A DNA stretch of 64,000 bases, from the NCBI RefSeq assembly GCF_009914755.1, contig NC_060946.1; one strand, 5' to 3'. Positions 60,572 through 64,000 of the stretch are shown piece by piece (within the stretch, counting starts at the first letter, position 1; every line of letters starts with the position of its first letter). Source of the stretch: the human T2T-CHM13v2.0 reference genome, Homo sapiens. The translations under genes and the position numbers were made by a program. The notes under the pieces are model-generated. The model made no database searches, had not been told where the DNA came from, and saw nothing but the letters and a program-made list of their open reading frames with translations.

Positions 60572-61074
60572 AGGGGTGGAGCACCGTGAGGCTCATGAGT
60601 TTGTAGGTGATTCCTGGGTGTGGGGGGCTGACTCCAGCTGAAATCTGGGGTTGTTTGGAGAGTAGCTGGGAGACACAGGAGACCCCCCGAGAGCTGGGGG
60701 TGAGCTGCTGGGTGATGGCAGTAAGAACATGTGGTATATTATTGATGAACGTGGGGACTCTGAGGAATCCTCAGAGGAGGACACGGGAGAGCCCGATGGC
60801 TTCATTGATTGCCCATCACGGTGAGGACAGGGAAATGCGAGCTTGTGGGATTCTGGTGATGACAGAGGTGAGTGTGGTGAAGCCCTAGGGGATGGTGAAT
60901 GGTAGCTCCGGATCCCTGGTGAGGAGCTTCCCCTTAAGCCTGAGCTTCTGAGAGGGGAGAGGGAGAAGCTGGGTGAGGCTCGCATGGACCTTGGGGTGTC
61001 CGGGCTGGGGGACCGTTCATAAGAAGAGCCAGACAAGACCCTACTGTTCTTAGGTGCAGACATGATTAGGAAAC

Positions 61075-61244
61075 CTGCAGCTCCCAGGGGCCCCTACTAA
61101 TTTTCTAACTCGCAGAAGGAAGGAGTGTGTGTGCTTGTGTGTGTGTGTGTGTGCGTGTGTGTGCGTGTGTGTGTCTGTGTGTGTGCGGTGTGAGGTATGT
61201 GCCCCTTAAGAAAATGGAAATCAACCAACCAATGAGACAGACAC

Positions 61245-61285
<41 letters not shown>

Positions 61286-61292
61286 GATTCAC
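61075..61292 (-). other. Predicted 218-nt 5'UTR intron containing (TCTG)n and (CA)n tracts
   Basis: Donor CAA|gtgaat at 61292 and acceptor ctgcag|G at 61075, 11 nt before the ATG at 61063. Both sites are non-optimal. Confidence 0.5.
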
Positions 61293-61406
61293 TTGCCCAA
61301 GTGTTCTGTCCTTTCCTCTGAATCTGCTTCCAAGTGGCAAGACGCCGTGAGCTCCAAGTCCACGCACAGTCCGCCAAACGCTCCGACCGCTGATCCGCTC
61401 CGCGAA

Positions 61407-61498
61407 GATCTGAGTACAGGCCAGCCAGGGTGGGTTTAAATACCCTCGGGCGCAGCCTAGCAGCGGAAAGGGCGGAGCTTCACCCCTCCTTTCCGTCA
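61407..61498 (-). promoter_or_regulatory. Pol II core promoter: half-CRE, GC box, TATA and Inr
   Basis: TATTTAAA lies at 61442-61435 and the Inr TCAGATC has A+1 at 61411, putting TATA at -31. GGGCGG is at 61470-61475 and TGACG at 61498-61494. Confidence 0.6.
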
Positions 61499-61789
61499 GT
61501 CACCCCCAACTTTCCCAGGCTACACCTCGTAGGAAACTGTTCTCCTGCTTTGATTTCATGCGCCACCTTTGGGACAATCTAAGAACTTCCAAGTTTTCTT
61601 GGCCAGATATATTAGGAATTGTATGCACTGAAACACTGAAAAGCAACTAGTGGTTCTGTGGTTCCCACGTTGTGGTTTTGACACCAGCAGCATCCTTGCC
61701 ACAATCAAACCCCGGAGATCCACAGATCTGTGTTGTAACAAGACCTCCCCCTGACCCTGATGCATGGCAGTTTAAGAAGTCTTTCCGTG

Positions 61790-62490
61790 TAAGCGAAAAG
61801 ACTTTGAAGAAAGGGTGGAGATATGCGTTGTATAAACATTCTTTTGCTCCGGAACCACGTGGAGTCTTGGGAGCCAGTTGGGTGGAGCATTCGTTGGATG
61901 AGGGTGCTCGGGTTCGGAATATCAAGGTGTGGTTCCAGATAATCCAATCATCTAATTAAGATTCCAGTTGTGCTCATCTGTTTTAAAATTCCGTTTGGGT
62001 AAATTCTTTTAGTCAGACTGAGAATGGCAAAGCCTCAATCCCAATTTCCAGGGAGGGTTGACAGCCTCAGGTGGAGTTGATCACCAATAGCCTATGGTTT
62101 AACCCATCATGCCTATAGAATGAGGTCTCCATAAAAACCCAAAAGGACTGGGTTCAGGGAGCTTCTGGATAACACTTCCTGGAAGGTAGTGCGCCCCTCC
62201 CCACATGCCGGGCCCCACATTTATTTCTGAGCTTTTTGCAATGTCCGCTAAAATACAACGGCAAATGTGAGTGTTTCCCTGAGTGCTGTGAGCTCTTCCA
62301 GCAAATGAATGCAACTAAATCTGGGAGTGGTGGCAACCTGATTTATAGCAAGTTGCTGAGAAGCACAGGTGAAACAACGTAGGGCTTCCCATTGTTATTA
62401 GTGTGGGAGGCCTGTCTGGCGGGACTCGGCCCTTTGGAATCTAATGCTATGTCCCGGTAGATAGCGTCACCATTGAATTAGAAGACACAC
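61790..62490 (+). mobile_element. MER21-type LTR (preceded by a MER5-like fragment at ~61649-61780)
   Basis: 'gagttgatcaccaat..catgcctat..ctccataaaaacccaaaaggactgggttcagggagcttc', 'gtgtttccctgagtgctgtgagc'. Confidence 0.7.
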
Positions 62491-62659
62491 ATATGTTGAG
62501 AATAATCTTTCTGGTCATTTGCCGCATGTCCTATTTACAATATGTAATCAAATTCTTTATCCTGACCTTATGGCACCTGGGTTGAGAACCATGATTTGAA
62601 CCAAACATTGGTCTGTCACTTTCGGAGTTGGAAACTTTATTTTGCCTTTAGCGTTTTGC

Positions 62660-62965
62660 TATTGCTTTTTCGTTTTCTTTTGTTTCGTTTCGTTTCTAAG
62701 TGCTGGGGTATACGTGCAGGATGGGCAGATTTGTTACTAAGGTAAACGTGTGCCATGGTGGTTTGCTGCACCTGTCAACCCATCACCTAGGTATTAAGCC
62801 CAGCATGCAGGAGCTGTTTTTCTTAACGCTCTGCCTCCCGAAAGGCCCCAGTGTGTGTTGTTCCCCTTCCTGTGTCCATGTGATCTCATTTTTCAGCTCC
62901 CATTATAAGTGAGAATGTGGCGTTTGGTTTTCTTTCCCTGGATTAGTTTGCTGAGGATAATGACC
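62660..62965 (-). mobile_element. L1PA 3' end fragment
   Basis: 'ggtaaacgtgtgccatggtggtttgctgcacctgtcaacccatcacctaggtattaagccc'. Confidence 0.88.
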
Positions 62966-63706
62966 ACACATCACCACTGATTTGTTTTTTAGTATAAAGA
63001 GTAGTATTTTATTGAATAAGATTTGCTCACAGAAAAATAAGCTTAAATCTACAATGAATGCCAGACTCTACAGCAGAAAGCAATTTTCTCACTTTTCCAC
63101 ACACAATGGTTCCTACTAAGTGAAAAAAGCCATAAAATTTCATTCACAAATGTACTACTCTGTCTCAAAACATCTCACATAATCATGCACTGTACTAAAG
63201 CCATTAGATCAGTTCTTCAGTCAGGTTAAAGAAGTATCCCTCTAATAACTGACTTTTGTAATGCTATCAGTAGGCACTCCCAATCAGTCTGCCATTGTTA
63301 ATGGTGTACAGCATTACTGCATACACTGGAATTGATGACACCCATATCCACGGACAAACCGAGACTTATGATGGTTTGATTCATGATTTTTCAACGTTAT
63401 GATGGGTTTATTGGAATATTAGATGCGTTTCTGAGTTACACTGGGTTTATGAGTATGCGACCCTATACTCCAGAAACAGCTGTATAAGGAAAAACAGGTG
63501 TACCTAATAAAAATATGCTTAGTGACTTGGGATAAACCAATAGATGTTCACAACTGATGGAGAGCCGTGAAAGAGAGATAGCGGTAAATAGTTACAATAA
63601 CACAAGTTTCCTGCACCTGTCGAGGATTTCCCCAAAAAAACGCAGAATGTGGGATGCACCTAAGGCATATGAAAGAGAGAGGGCAGAAGGAGTAAGAGAG
63701 AAATAG

Positions 63707-63805
63707 GAGGAAGGAAGGAAGGAAGGAAAGAAGGAAGGTAGGAAGGAAGGAAGGAAGGAAAGAAGGAAGGAAGGAAGGAAGCAAAGAAGGACGAACGGAA
63801 GGAGG
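63707..63805. repeat. (GGAA)n microsatellite
   Basis: Directly visible. Confidence 0.92.
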
Positions 63806-63854
63806 AAACACCCGGTGTTACTAAAACCCCCCAAAAATATGGTTTCCCCCTGTG

Positions 63855-64000
63855 GGTAAGCCTACAGTGTGGATGAATCTTGAAAATATTGTGCTACGTG
63901 TTATGTCAGTCATAACAGCTCACCTATTGTGCAATTCCGTTTATAGGAAATGTCCACAATATGGAAATCTATGCATATGGGGTTGATCGCACTAGGTAGT
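63855..64000 (+). mobile_element. L1M (L1MB-like) 3'UTR fragment; the part lying upstream of the 57556-57740 piece
   Basis: 'gtggatgaatcttgaaaatattgtgctacgtg..tattgtgcaattccgtttataggaaatgtcca'. Confidence 0.65.

Larger units (their letters stand above)
57936..61063 (-). pseudogene. Reconstructed ~1042-codon single-exon CDS of a Ser/Pro-rich protein with RPB1-CTD-like repeats; disrupted by three lesions
   Basis: ORFs 61063-60593 and 60571-58679 are in the same frame, separated by one TGA. ORF 58658-57936 joins after a 1-bp deletion (~58752) and a TAG (58734-58736). Confidence 0.7.

Overview
This is hominoid (human-like) pericentromeric or acrocentric-type segmental-duplication DNA, with no intact conventional gene. 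From left to right: (1) a ~3.1-3.4 kb-period tandem array built from scrambled MaLR (MST) LTR and internal pieces (1-11.8 kb); (2) an SNX18 processed pseudogene with a local inverted copy; (3) the last four coding exons of an ANKRD18/ANKRD20A-family pseudogene; (4) an old NUMT (COX3-tRNA-Gly-ND3); (5) a SATR-type 76-bp palindromic satellite with two orientation switches; (6) an Alu/L1-rich block carrying two copies of the GTF2I first coding exon; (7) a GC-rich block flanked by 158-bp direct repeats; (8) an L1 broken directly onto a degenerate (CCCTAA)n tract plus TAR1, i.e. a fossil chromosome end; and (9) an ACRO-composite unit. The most striking signal is that the 147-bp ACRO1-type satellite sits inside a complete-looking minus-strand Pol II gene. 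It has a GC box, TATA at -31, an Inr, a 5'UTR intron and an ATG at 61063. The reconstructed ORF is ~1042 codons and encodes a Ser/Pro-rich protein with PSYSPTTP motifs resembling the Pol II CTD. In this copy the ORF is broken by only three point lesions. Repeat and gene family names come from recognition of the sequence, not from database searches, and repeat boundaries are approximate.
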